Shown piece by piece: positions 30,677 to 40,274 of a DNA stretch of 64,000 nt; the first letter of the stretch is position 1; the number at the start of each line of letters is the position of its first letter. The notes beneath the pieces were generated by a model, which was not told the origin of the DNA, searched no databases, and worked only from the letters and a program-made list of their open reading frames with translations. Origin of the DNA: an uncultured Acidobacteriota bacterium. GTDB taxonomy: Bacteria; Acidobacteriota; Terriglobia; Acidiferrales; UBA7541. A program made the position numbers and the translations under genes. The stretch is taken from assembly GCA_963804145.1 (NCBI GenBank), contig CAWDPI010000011.1, positions 30,563-94,562 on the forward strand. Reading direction: 5' to 3'.

Positions 30677-31087
30677 ATGGCCATGGAATTCGATCTCATT
30701 CCGCAGGGCACGCTGCTTCAGGAAAACGGACACGGCGAGGCCGTCGATATCCGAGCGAGCGCGACGCGCACTTTTTATTGCACCATGCTGATCCGAGAGC
30801 AGATCGAGCAGGAATCCGTCGATTTGTCCATCTGGGGCTCCGCGGACGGGGAAAACTGGGGGACGCAGCCCATCCTGAAATTGCCGCAGCAGTTTTATCG
30901 CGGCGAGACGCGCGCTGTCCTGGAGTTGGCTCTGGTTCCGGAAGTGAATTTCATCCGCGCGGGATGGGATCTAAACCGCTGGGGGCGCGTTGCGCCTCTG
31001 CCCATGTTCGTTCTTGGATTGCACCTCGCGGAAATTCCCGCCATGCCGCTGCACGCGCCGCAGACCCACGCCAGCGCAACAACGTAG
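30677..31087 (+). CDS. Hypothetical protein
   Basis: 136-aa ORF with an SD (gggaga) 6 nt upstream of the ATG. I recognise no family. Confidence 0.6.
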   Translation: MAMEFDLIPQGTLLQENGHGEAVDIRASATRTFYCTMLIREQIEQESVDLSIWGSADGENWGTQPILKLPQQFYRGETRAVLELALVPEVNFIRAGWDLNRWGRVAPLPMFVLGLHLAEIPAMPLHAPQTHASATT

Positions 31088-31285
31088 GAACATTTTTTTG
31101 GCGGTTCTCAGATCAGGCTGAAGTTTTGTAATAAAAGGGGTAGGAAGCAAACGGTCGGTTGCTTAGGTGGTCGCTTCCTACCCCCCCGAGTGGTCTTGCC
31201 CAATAGACGTAACGCCCCCTTCGCAGGTTTCAGGTTTATAAAAACTTTATTGGAATGCACTCCGCTCCCGGAAGGGCGGAGGAGT

Positions 31286-32425
31286 TCACTGATTTCCGGG
31301 GCTGGGGGGCGGCAATGAGGGAAGTCCTGAGGTGTCTGGTTCGGAGGGTGGAGGCGCCGCTTTTTGGGGGGCGGCATCCGTTTTGTCGTCATCGTCTTGA
31401 GGCTCTTCCGATTCACTCCCCTGAGATTCGACTTTCGGCGAGTTCATCATGGACTGCACGCGCTCTCGTGTTTTGCGCGCCTGATCGGCTTCCGGACCAA
31501 TGGGAGCCAGCCGAAGATAATCATCGAGATCCCGCATCAATGCGGGGTAGTCCTTGCGCTGAATATGGATATTCGCCAGCAATAAATAGACAGGTGGATT
31601 ATCCGGCATCAGATCGCGGGATTGCTGGGCGCTCTTTTCGGCCTCGTCGGTCTGCTTCAGGGAGGTCAGCGCGCGCGCCAATTCAAACGGGCCTCGCCAG
31701 GAGGAAGAGTCGACAGAGATTCCCCGGCGGGCGGTGTCCTCGGCTTCGGTAAAGTGTTTCGTATCGGTCTGGAGAGCAGCGAGGGTGAACATGGCGTCGG
31801 CATACTGGCCGGAACTGAGATCGACGGATTTTCGCAGCGCTTCTTCGGCGTGGTCCATTTCTTGCAGTTGATAGTATGCGCCACCCTCTTCCGCATAGGC
31901 CTCGTAGTAGGTTGGGAAATCCTTGATTGCCAGTTGAAACTGGGTGATGGCCCCGCGGTAATCCGCCTTCTGATAAATCAGAGTCATGCCCTTTTCAAAT
32001 TCGTCATGAGCCTTGTGCGGGACGCTGAGCTGGTGAGCCGAGATGGAAAGTTGCAAGGGCGAATTCCCTGGTTTCGCGGACCTGGTGAGAAAGATAGAAA
32101 GCCCCATGCGGCTGGCGCCGGAAATCGAGACCGTTTCCCGGAACTGATCGTAATCTCTGACGGTGACCTCAATGATGTAGTCGCCGTTGCGAAGTCCATC
32201 GAACTGGAAGTCCCCGTTATCGCGCGTGAACGCAGAGTTCATGGGGGTTCCGGTGCCGTCTTTCAAAACCACTTGAATACTGTCCAAGGAGCGGTGGTTG
32301 GAATTATCACGAACGCTGCCGCCGATGCTGAAGATGGCATGCCTGTTTGGCGCGTTTTGGGCGTTTCCAGGCGAAACGCACAGTGCCAACACTAGAAAGA
32401 TAAACGGCAAACGCCGAAGAAACAT
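31286..32425 (-). CDS. CarboxypepD_reg-like domain plus TPR repeat protein (secreted)
   Basis: ATG at 32423-32425 gives the signal [24 protein letters not shown] beta-sandwich segment ([28 protein letters not shown]...[12 protein letters not shown]) is followed by TPR-like repeats. The ORF-track extension to 32683 is unlikely. Confidence 0.8.
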   Translation of the reverse strand: MFLRRLPFIFLVLALCVSPGNAQNAPNRHAIFSIGGSVRDNSNHRSLDSIQVVLKDGTGTPMNSAFTRDNGDFQFDGLRNGDYIIEVTVRDYDQFRETVSISGASRMGLSIFLTRSAKPGNSPLQLSISAHQLSVPHKAHDEFEKGMTLIYQKADYRGAITQFQLAIKDFPTYYEAYAEEGGAYYQLQEMDHAEEALRKSVDLSSGQYADAMFTLAALQTDTKHFTEAEDTARRGISVDSSSWRGPFELARALTSLKQTDEAEKSAQQSRDLMPDNPPVYLLLANIHIQRKDYPALMRDLDDYLRLAPIGPEADQARKTRERVQSMMNSPKVESQGSESEEPQDDDDKTDAAPQKAAPPPSEPDTSGLPSLPPPSPGNQ

Positions 32426-32504
32426 TGCGCCTCCGGTGGCGGGGGAAGGTGAACTGATTCTAACACGTCTCGCGGCGCCCGGAGCAAGGACGGCGGGCCG
32501 TGTA

Positions 32505-33897
32505 CTATGCGCCCAGGTCCACGGTCTGGAGATATTGCGGCAGCGCCGCGCGCCATCGAAAGGTTGCTTCGATCTTGGCCTTGAGCGCGGCGGATGCTTG
32601 AGGTTCGCCGTGGGTGAGATAAGTTTGCCGCGGAGGCGCGGGGAGGCCGGTGAGCCAGCGGATGAGTTCGCTTTGCCCCGCATGCGCTGAAAATTGCCGC
32701 AGGTTGATGACTTCCGCGGCGACCGGGACGTCTTGGCCGTGAATGCGTACTGTTTTCGCGCCTTCTTCGAGCGCGCGGCCGCGCGTGCCTTCCGCCTGGA
32801 ACCCGGCCAGCAGGATGGCGTTTTTGCGGTCCGGCGCGAGGCGCGCGATGTGATGGAGCACGCGCCCGCCGGTGGCCATGCCGCTGGCGGAAATGATGAT
32901 GGCCGGCGTGCGCACGTCGTTGATTTTCTTCGAGTCGTCCACTGTGCGCATGTAGTGCACGGTGTGCGCGTCGAGAGGATTCCCGTTTTTTTCGTCCGCG
33001 GTGAATGTCAGGACGTGATCTTCGTGGTGGCGCAAATATAAATCGGTCACGCTGATGGCCATGGGGCTGTCCACATAGACAGGCAGGTGCGGAATGCGGT
33101 TCGCGTCTTCGAGCTTGCGGATGATGTACATGATCGTTTGCGTGCGGTCCACGGCGAACGCGGGAATCACAATCTGTCCGCCGCGTTTGGCGACGCGGTT
33201 GACGACGTCTGCAAGCGCGTCTTCCGGCGAATCTGCGGGATGATCGCGGTCTCCATACGTGGATTCGCACAGCAGCACATCGCAACGCGACGGAGCTTCC
33301 GGATCTTTCAGGATGGGCTGGCCGTAGCGGCCGACGTCGCCGGAAAACAGGACCACCATTTTCTTTCCATTTTCGGTGATGGTGAGTTCCAGGCTGGACG
33401 CTCCGACAATGTGCCCGGCGTTGTGCGGGCGCACGGTGAATTGCGGAGAAATGGTGAAGGAATCGGCGCGCGGAATTTCCTGCAGCGCCTTCAGCACCGG
33501 AGCGACATCGTCCGGCGTGTACAGCGGCAACGGCTTGGCGTGTTTGCTGTATTTTCCGCGCGCGGCGCTTTCGGCGTCTTCCACCTGCAAGTGCGCGGAA
33601 TCGGGAAGCAGGATGTTGCACAGCTCGATGGTCGCTGCGTCGGCGTAGATCGGGCCGTGGAAACCGTCGCGCACGAGGCGCGGGAGATAGCCCGTGTGAT
33701 CCAGGTGCGCGTGCGTCAGCACGCACCAGTCGAACGACGCGGGTTTTTGCGGAAGCGGATTCCAGTTGCGCAGGCGCAGTTCCTTCAAGTCCTTGGAACA
33801 GGCCGCAATCCACAAGCAGCCGCTTGCCTTCGGCTTCCACCAGATATTTCGAGCCAGTAACAGTTCCGGCCGCGCCCAGAAAAGTAAGTTTTGGCAT
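32505..33897 (-). CDS. MBL-fold / beta-CASP RNA-metabolising metallo-hydrolase, apparent +1 frameshift near 33789
   Basis: The N-terminus [36 protein letters not shown] (frame of ORF 32392-33897) joins [13 protein letters not shown]...[12 protein letters not shown]... (ORF 32505-33908) once one base is removed. Beta-CASP motifs lie downstream. Confidence 0.88.
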
Positions 33898-34091
33898 AGG
33901 GGTGACATTCTAATGGAAGTTTTCGTCTTGCGGGCGGGAAACGAAGAGAAGGAAGAACACAGAGGACACTAAGAAGAACGCAGAGGGCACGGAGGAAACT
34001 GAGCTAATGCATCCGGGTGGAATTTCATGGGGATATTCGTTAAGATGATTGCGGTCCGCCAAACCAGAGGTAATTCTTTTTGTTGTGTGAC

Positions 34092-34167
34092 GGGCGTGTA
34101 GCTCAGCTGGGAGAGCGCATCCATGGCATGGATGAGGCCGCAGGTTCGATCCCTGTCACGTCCACCA
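34092..34167 (+). tRNA. tRNA-Ala (anticodon GGC), CCA encoded
   Basis: Cloverleaf read by hand. The acceptor is gggcgtg/cacgtcc with the G3:U70 pair. The D-arm is gctc-agctggga-gagc. The anticodon stem is catcc/ggatg with loop atGGCat. The T-arm is gcagg-ttcgatc-cctgt, followed by acca. Confidence 0.95.
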
Positions 34168-34243
34168 AATTTTAATTCCATCATCTACGCAACAAAGTCG
34201 CGGGCGAGCACGTTTAAGTACCCGCGAAAAACGGGCCTTCTCC

Positions 34244-34334
34244 TTTTGTCATTCTGAGCGAAGCGAAGAATCTCTCTTTCTTTTCTTGCGCTCAGATCGA
34301 AGAGAGATTCTTCGCTTCGCTCAGAATGACAAAA
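34244..34334. repeat. Palindromic hairpin repeat, family C (gtcattctgagcgaagcgaagaatctc type), copy 1
   Basis: A 33-bp stem, ttttgtcattctgagcgaagcgaagaatctctc against gagagattcttcgcttcgctcagaatgacaaaa, with a 25-nt loop. Confidence 0.8.
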
Positions 34335-34400
34335 AAGGCCTCTTTTTCTGCAGCGTGTTGGGCCGAATCGCTTGCCTGCGGTTCACTGCACCTCAATAAT

Positions 34401-34577
34401 TCATTCCAGGACTTTGGCGGTGAAGCTGGAGAGGGCGCCGTCTTCCACGCTGTAACTGACCTCAATCGGATTGCAGCAGACTTCGCAATCTTCGACGTAA
34501 GTCTGGCGGCGAACCGAAAGGTCCAGCACCATCGAAATTTCTTCTCCGCAATAGGGACAGCTGAAGAAATGCTCCAT
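34401..34577 (-). CDS. CPXCG-motif cysteine-rich small protein (58 aa)
   Basis: Below the ORF-track length cutoff. My translation is [58 protein letters not shown], with CPYCG and CEVCC zinc-ribbon-like pairs. Confidence 0.7.
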   Translation of the reverse strand: MEHFFSCPYCGEEISMVLDLSVRRQTYVEDCEVCCNPIEVSYSVEDGALSSFTAKVLE

Positions 34578-34631
34578 CCGATTGGCACTCTTTCGCGCAG
34601 ATGCTGGTGCTGGAAGTTGTATTCGCCGTTC

Positions 34632-35636
34632 CTAGTGCATGGCGGCGTTGTAGTAACTTGAATCGTAATATTTCGACGGATCGATCAATTTCTTTTTAGC
34701 GTCCGCATAGCGACTCCGCAAGGCGAGAACAGTTCGCATCCCTTCCGTGCTCACGTGCGCCTTCCGGAAAAAGCCATCCTTCGGATCGAGAAGCTCATCG
34801 TACGTGCGCCCGGCCAACTCCGGCGACATTTTGACATTGCTCAAAAGGATCGAGATCGCTTCTTCACGATTCGCGCGGTCGTAGAGCCAATCGATTGCCT
34901 GGGAGTAGCCCCGAATGAAGGCGATTACCTTGGATCTGTTCTCCCTGGCCCAGGAGCGGCGGGTTGCCGCGACATTGCCCTGATAAGGTCCAATCACCTT
35001 GATCGCTCGCGCGAGCTCATTGAAATGCTGCTCGCTGGCGATAAGGTTGAAAGGCGCCGAGAGGAGGGTTCCAGATTGTTTTCCTTCACGTAGCGAGTCC
35101 CAGCGCATTGTCGTCCCGCCAACCTTTTCGATTTTGTAGTCGGCCTCCGCCAGGCCATTCCGCCTGAGAATGTCGAACAACACGAACGCATATCCGGTCG
35201 TGCGCGCATCGACCGACAGGGTCTTGCCTTTCAAGTCGGCGAACTTTTTTACATCAGGCGCGGTCACGAGACTCAAAAACCCGTTGTCGCTGCCCATGAA
35301 CGCGAAGAACTCGGGTTGCGCCCCGATGGGGGCTTCGCCTTGCCCTTCGGCGTAAGCGACGATGTTGTCGAAAGCAGTGATGGCGATGTCGAACTTGCCT
35401 TCGGCCAGTCCCGTCATCTGCGCCACTGAATTGGGCGTCGGCTGAAGAGTCACAGTGATGCCGTTGCGCTCGAAGAAGCCTTTCTGCCGGCCTACGAATG
35501 CCGGCCAATTGAAACCGCCCTGGAAGACATTGACCGTGACGTTCGCAGGCGCCTGCGCGCGGGCAGGAGCCGCAAGCAAACTTGTTGCGAAGAGAAGAGC
35601 AACTGCTCTGAAGTTCAACCAGCCCGATTCTTTCAT
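34632..35636 (-). CDS. ABC-type substrate-binding protein (NMT1/SsuA-like, nitrate/sulfonate/bicarbonate family)
   Basis: ATG at 35634-35636 gives the signal MKESGWLNFRAVALLFATSLLAAPARAQ. The periplasmic binding fold is indicated by NVFQGGFNWPAFVGRQKGFFERNGITV. Confidence 0.85.
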   Translation of the reverse strand: MKESGWLNFRAVALLFATSLLAAPARAQAPANVTVNVFQGGFNWPAFVGRQKGFFERNGITVTLQPTPNSVAQMTGLAEGKFDIAITAFDNIVAYAEGQGEAPIGAQPEFFAFMGSDNGFLSLVTAPDVKKFADLKGKTLSVDARTTGYAFVLFDILRRNGLAEADYKIEKVGGTTMRWDSLREGKQSGTLLSAPFNLIASEQHFNELARAIKVIGPYQGNVAATRRSWARENRSKVIAFIRGYSQAIDWLYDRANREEAISILLSNVKMSPELAGRTYDELLDPKDGFFRKAHVSTEGMRTVLALRSRYADAKKKLIDPSKYYDSSYYNAAMH

Positions 35637-35649
35637 CGCTGCACTCCTG

Positions 35650-36846
35650 CTAGGACATGTGGTTTGGCTGCAAGGCCAGCGCGAGGCCGCCGGCAACAAC
35701 AGACAGTAGCGAAATCTGGATTTCTCCCGCCGTCGTCCACCCGGCGCGAGTGGCAATCCAACCCACCAGATAACCGGCGAAAGCGGCCGATCCGTACAGG
35801 CTGGTCACGAAAATGCCGGAAGCGCGGCTGGCTAGACTGCTCCGCAGGGCTTTGGCGTGATAGCCTGCCAGATTCACGTAAATCACTCCGCTTACAATCA
35901 GGCCCCAGAGGAATGACAGTATGGACTGGGGCGCGAAGGCTCCCGATCCGTGGAAGAGCAAGTAGCCGAGCGCGGCGGTGCAGAAGAACGTGGAGCTCAG
36001 CACGAGTCTTGGCGAGAAACGATCACCGAGCCATCCTCCAGCTATCGAACCGAGCGCTCCCAGTCCATAAAAACTCATCACGGTTCCGGCGGCCGTCGGC
36101 GAATACTGGAGACTTTCGCGGAGGAATGTCGGGTACATTCCCAGATAGCCGTACAGGACCAGGCCGCCGATCAGGCTCATCACCGTCAAAAGTATCGTGT
36201 TTCTGTTGACGAGCGTCGGCGCTCCTCCGCGGTCTTCTTGCTCGAAGGTGACGGTCACGATTTCGGTGAACCAGGGATCTACGCTGGCCGCAATCACGGC
36301 GATCGTCAAGAAGCCAAGCAAACCGAAGACGGCCATCGGAGCTTGCCAGGTCCGATAGGCGCTCAGAATCGCTCCGCCCAAAACCGGGCTGACGATCGCG
36401 CCTAGTCCGAAAGTAAAATTGATTGCGCCCATGGCGGTAGAGCGATGCCTGAAAAAATAGTTGGCGGCGATAGCTATAAGGACGGTCAGCTGCATGGCCT
36501 CGCCAACGCCGGTAGCCGCCCGGTAGATCAGCATGTCCGAAAAACCACGCGCGACGACCGTCAACAGCGTGCCTGCAGAGAAGAGGGTGATGCCAAGCTG
36601 CAATACAGCCTTGCGAGAGAAACGCCCGAGGAGATAACCGGTGGGCAGCCCCGCGAGTGCCATGCCAAGCGTAAAGATTGTTGAGAGGAAACCTACACCG
36701 GCGAGTGAGAAGCCGTATTGCCGGCGCAGTTCTGGGACGAGCAGCGGGAAGAGCTGCCTGTCCATGGCGTTAATCGCGTAGGAAACGAGCAGCACGCCAA
36801 ACATGACGATGCCGCGTGTGCGCGTCCTGGTTTGAGGCGGATCCAC
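35650..36846 (-). CDS. MFS transporter
   Basis: 398-aa ORF with 12 TM helices and an MFS loop 2-3 motif (GYLLGRFSRK). Confidence 0.9.
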   Translation of the reverse strand: MDPPQTRTRTRGIVMFGVLLVSYAINAMDRQLFPLLVPELRRQYGFSLAGVGFLSTIFTLGMALAGLPTGYLLGRFSRKAVLQLGITLFSAGTLLTVVARGFSDMLIYRAATGVGEAMQLTVLIAIAANYFFRHRSTAMGAINFTFGLGAIVSPVLGGAILSAYRTWQAPMAVFGLLGFLTIAVIAASVDPWFTEIVTVTFEQEDRGGAPTLVNRNTILLTVMSLIGGLVLYGYLGMYPTFLRESLQYSPTAAGTVMSFYGLGALGSIAGGWLGDRFSPRLVLSSTFFCTAALGYLLFHGSGAFAPQSILSFLWGLIVSGVIYVNLAGYHAKALRSSLASRASGIFVTSLYGSAAFAGYLVGWIATRAGWTTAGEIQISLLSVVAGGLALALQPNHMS

Positions 36847-36849
36847 GAA

Positions 36850-37740
36850 CTACCTTGTGACGGCATTGCTCTTCACGTGGGATTGCAGATACCACTCGAG
36901 AATCTGCTCGCCGGTCCAGAACACCATGCCGGACCGCGACTGAATGTGCTCGAGCGCTTCGCGGAAGTAGCGCAGCCGGTGCGGGACTCCCATGATGTAG
37001 GGATGGATCACCAGCGCCATGATCCGAGCGGAGCCGTGCGCGTCGGAATACAACTGCTCGAACTGATCGATGGCGCGGTCCCTGTATTCCGAGGCTTTAT
37101 GATGCTGGATCAGCATCATCGCGACGTCGTTGCATTCCTGCGTGTACGGCACGCTCACGATGGAACCGCTGCGCGTTTTGAGCGCGATCGGCTGGTCGTC
37201 CAGAACCCAATCGCAGACGTAATCGTAGCCTTCCTCGGCCAGGATGTCGGGCGTGTCCCACGTTTCGGTCAAGCCCGGCCCAAGCCAGCCGCGCGGGCGT
37301 CGCCCCGTGAAGGCCCGAATGGCCTCGGTGGTCTTGGCGATATCGGCGCGCTCGTCGGGGACCTTTTGCATGTTCTTCTGGCCGAAGCCGTGGCCGACGA
37401 ATTCCCATCCGCGCTCGTGCGCTGCGCGCGCGATCGGCTCATAGGCGTGAATGGCGCTGCCATTGATGGCGAGGGCCGCGCGAATGTTGAAGCGGTCGAA
37501 CACTTCCAGCATTCTCCAGAAGCCGACGCGATTGCCGTATTCGTGCCACGCCCAGTTTGGAATATCCGGCATGGGCGAACCGCCCGCGGGCGGAGTGAGA
37601 ACGGTCCGCGGCATGGTTTCCTGCGGATTCCACTCCTCGACATTCACAATCACCCATACGGCAAGGCGCGCGCCCCCGGGCAAAGCGAGCGGTGTTCGGT
37701 CTTTGATCGCCGAGTAGGCGAGACGCTCAATCGGCAGCAT
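36850..37740 (-). CDS. Polysaccharide deacetylase-family protein (PuuE/allantoinase-like)
   Basis: ATG at 37738-37740 gives MLPIERLAYSAIKDRTPLALPGGARLAVWVIVNVEEW.... The remaining 338 codons of the 634-aa ORF (37741-38754) are antisense to the cyclophilin gene and are rejected. Confidence 0.85.
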   Translation of the reverse strand: MLPIERLAYSAIKDRTPLALPGGARLAVWVIVNVEEWNPQETMPRTVLTPPAGGSPMPDIPNWAWHEYGNRVGFWRMLEVFDRFNIRAALAINGSAIHAYEPIARAAHERGWEFVGHGFGQKNMQKVPDERADIAKTTEAIRAFTGRRPRGWLGPGLTETWDTPDILAEEGYDYVCDWVLDDQPIALKTRSGSIVSVPYTQECNDVAMMLIQHHKASEYRDRAIDQFEQLYSDAHGSARIMALVIHPYIMGVPHRLRYFREALEHIQSRSGMVFWTGEQILEWYLQSHVKSNAVTR

Positions 37741-37883
37741 GTTCACCTGGAATTTCTGTTTTGAATTTCCGGCCGAGCGAAAATGTACACCGTATCTCAG
37801 CACGATGCAATGCGCGCAGAGCCTTGCGCAATTTCGGAAGAGGTTGGGCCGCCTGCCGGAAAAGAAGTCACACGGCCCTGCGC

Positions 37884-37912
37884 TTGACGCGACAGTGGGG
37901 CGGGCGTATCGT
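37884..37912 (+). promoter_or_regulatory. Sigma70-like promoter candidate in the divergent intergenic region
   Basis: TTGACG (37884-37889), a 17-nt spacer, then TATCGT (37907-37912). Confidence 0.3.
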
Positions 37913-38130
37913 TTTGCGGCAAAGATTAACTTGAAGCGAGAGGTTCCGCGTAAGATTCCGAGTTGCGAATTTCCGAGGGGGAAAAAGCATGCAGTTACGC
38001 AAGCATTTGACGCTGTTGGCCGCGCTCTTCGCGATATTGCCACTCGCGGGGCTCTTTTCAGGCAGCGCCTCACCAACAGGCGGCCGCGCCCGATGCGGCT
38101 CAGGCCGAGAGCCGAACCCCCGGCCTGTAC

Positions 38131-38691
38131 ATGACATTTCAAACGGATAAAGGAGATATTGCGTGCAAGCTCTATGAAGCGGAGGCGCCCATCACCGTCC
38201 ACACCATGGTGGGCCTGGCCATCGGAAAGATCACCTATCTGGATCCGCGAACCAAGCAGGTCACGCGCAAAAGATTTTTTGACGGCCTGACGTTTCACCG
38301 CGTGATTCCCGAATTCATGATTCAGGGCGGCGACCCTCTCGGCAACGGCACGGGACGTCCTGTGGGTCCGGGCTTTCCGTACAAAACCGAATCCGTGAAA
38401 ACACTCAAGTTCAATACGCCGGGACGGCTGGCCATGGCCAACGGCGGGCCGAACACGAACGGCAGCCAGTTCTTCATTACCGAGGCCCCCCAGCCCGCTC
38501 TCAATGGCGACTACACGATCTGGGGACAGTGCGAAAATGTAGATGTCGTAAAAGCCATCGCGCGCGTCAAGCGCGACGCCCACGACAAACCTCTTATGCC
38601 CGTGTTTATCACGCACGTAATCGTGGAGCGCGTCGGCCCCGCCCCGGCAGACGCCCCTGAAGCCATGCCGCAGGCGAAGCCATCCAACTAA
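38131..38691 (+). CDS. Peptidyl-prolyl cis-trans isomerase (cyclophilin type)
   Basis: Canonical cyclophilin motifs are present (FHRVIPEFMIQGGDP, GRLAMANGGPNTNGSQFFIT). An upstream ATG at 37989 encodes a signal peptide (MQLRKHLTLLAALFAILPLAGLF) that would join this frame if one T of the run at 38055-38058 is removed, so the native gene may start at 37989. Confidence 0.92.
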   Translation: MTFQTDKGDIACKLYEAEAPITVHTMVGLAIGKITYLDPRTKQVTRKRFFDGLTFHRVIPEFMIQGGDPLGNGTGRPVGPGFPYKTESVKTLKFNTPGRLAMANGGPNTNGSQFFITEAPQPALNGDYTIWGQCENVDVVKAIARVKRDAHDKPLMPVFITHVIVERVGPAPADAPEAMPQAKPSN

Positions 38692-38760
38692 ATAAAATTC
38701 GATGGTGGGCAGGTGGGGCAGCCGTTTAGTGCCCCTGAAGTTCGAGTGCCGCAAGAAGAC

Positions 38761-39042
38761 TTATGCGATTTGCAGCCGTTTCACTTTGATTCGGTCGGCG
38801 CGAACTTGCGCAACGTCATAGTGTGCTTGCTGCGTGAGCCAGCTTTCTGCGCTTCCCCCAAAGACCTTCGAGAGCCGCACAGCCATTTCGGCCGAAATAC
38901 CGCGCTTACCATTCACTAGTTCAGACAAGGTAGTGCGGGTGACGCCCAGCGCGGCGGCCGCGTCCTTGATGGTCAAGCCCAAAGGTTCAATGCACTGGCG
39001 CAGTACAAACCCGCCCGGGTGCGGTGGATTCTTCATCGGCAT
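38761..39042 (-). CDS. higA: HigA-family antitoxin / XRE-type HTH protein (no adjacent toxin)
   Basis: 93-aa [75 protein letters not shown] is the typical HigA pattern. Confidence 0.85.
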   Translation of the reverse strand: MPMKNPPHPGGFVLRQCIEPLGLTIKDAAAALGVTRTTLSELVNGKRGISAEMAVRLSKVFGGSAESWLTQQAHYDVAQVRADRIKVKRLQIA

Positions 39043-39069
39043 AATTGATCCTAATTTTAGCAGAAATAC

Positions 39070-40062
39070 CTATGAAAGTTTCACGTCCACCGGCGGAGTG
39101 CCATAAGTGTGGAACGACTCGATCGTCTTGAGTCCCCAGGCTTGGCCCTTCTTTCGTTCTTCTTCGGTCCACACGATGGGCTTCCAATCGGGGGCCAAAA
39201 TCAGGCGGGCGCCGGCGTTGGCGACTTCCACGCGGTTGCCGCCGGGCTCGTAGACGTAGAGGAAAAATGTTTGCTGGACGGCGTGTTTGTGCGGGCCGGT
39301 TTCGATGAAGACGCCGTTTTCCAGAAAAATATCGGCGGCGCGCAGAACATCTTCGCGGGAATCGACGGCGTAGGTGACGTGGTGGAAGCGGCCGCGCGTT
39401 CCGGTATGGTCGCGCGTGTAGGCGAAATCGTAGCTCTTGTTGCAGACCGTCAGCCACATGCCCGCTTCCGATCCGTCGTTCATTACGATTTGCTCGGTGA
39501 GGCGGCAGCCGAGATATTCCTGGAAGAAAATGCGATTGGCCTTGATGTCCACGGCGAGGCAGTTGAGGTGATCGAGCCGGCGCACGTTGACGCCGCGGGC
39601 AGGGAATCGCATGGCCTGGTTTTTCAGCGCGGGGCGCAGCTCGGGCGGCGCTTTGTACCACTCGGTCTCATAATAGATTTCGACTTTGTGACCGTCGGGA
39701 TCGTGGAAGGCAAATGCGGGGCCGTGGCCGAGGTCGCCATCGGTCCATCCGATTTCGCAGCCCGAACCTTTCAAGGCGGCGACGCGGCGCTCGAGTGCCT
39801 GTGGGCTGCGCGCGCGAAACGCCATGTGGTCCATGCCCGAAGTTTTTGAGGCGGTCAGCTTCAGCGTGTGGTGCTCGTAGTCGTCCCACCCGCGCAAATA
39901 AACGGAATCGCCTTTGCGCGCCGATTCCGTCATGCCCATTATGTCGACAAAAAATTTCAGGCTCTCGTCCGGCTTCGGCGTCAGCATTTCCATGTGGGCG
40001 AGATGGGCGAGGTCGTAAATCGGTTCAGCGGGCATGGATGGTTGCCTTTCCTGCTTGGACAC
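39070..40062 (-). CDS. Extradiol ring-cleavage dioxygenase (catechol 2,3-dioxygenase-like, VOC superfamily)
   Basis: 330-aa ORF with two VOC modules and metal ligand contexts (LDHMAFRA, FHHVTYAV, VYEPGGNRVE). Confidence 0.85.
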   Translation of the reverse strand: MSKQERQPSMPAEPIYDLAHLAHMEMLTPKPDESLKFFVDIMGMTESARKGDSVYLRGWDDYEHHTLKLTASKTSGMDHMAFRARSPQALERRVAALKGSGCEIGWTDGDLGHGPAFAFHDPDGHKVEIYYETEWYKAPPELRPALKNQAMRFPARGVNVRRLDHLNCLAVDIKANRIFFQEYLGCRLTEQIVMNDGSEAGMWLTVCNKSYDFAYTRDHTGTRGRFHHVTYAVDSREDVLRAADIFLENGVFIETGPHKHAVQQTFFLYVYEPGGNRVEVANAGARLILAPDWKPIVWTEEERKKGQAWGLKTIESFHTYGTPPVDVKLS

Positions 40063-40159
40063 GACTGACCTTTCTGGCTCTTCTTATCTCGATCACCTTC
40101 ACGCTTATCTCCCTCACGCTTGTGCCGCTAGTTTAACAGGCCATGGAAAAAGTAGCTTA

Positions 40160-40251
40160 TTTTGTCATTCGGTGCGAAGCGAGGATTCTCTCCGCGGTTT
40201 TAATTTAAGAAAAGAATGAGAGAATCCTCGTTTCGTTCGGAATGACAAAAT
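40160..40251. repeat. Palindromic hairpin repeat, family C, copy 2 (diverged)
   Basis: ttttgtcattcggtgcgaagcgaggattctctc ... gagagaatcctcgtttcgttcggaatgacaaaa. Confidence 0.7.
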
Positions 40252-40274
40252 GTGACGGAGCTCTTCCGCAGTTT

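Noticed and set aside
32392-33897. 501-aa Arg/Pro/His-rich ORF overlapping the beta-CASP hydrolase gene
   Set aside because: Only its first ~36 codons ([36 protein letters not shown]) are genuine. After the extra base at about 33789 it is the off-frame reading of the same gene.
37741-38754. N-terminal 338 codons of the 634-aa minus-strand ORF 36850-38754
   Set aside because: The segment is antisense to a canonical cyclophilin gene and to the divergent promoter region. Its composition is Arg/Gly-rich, typical of GC-rich antisense frames. The deacetylase homology starts at the Met at 37740.
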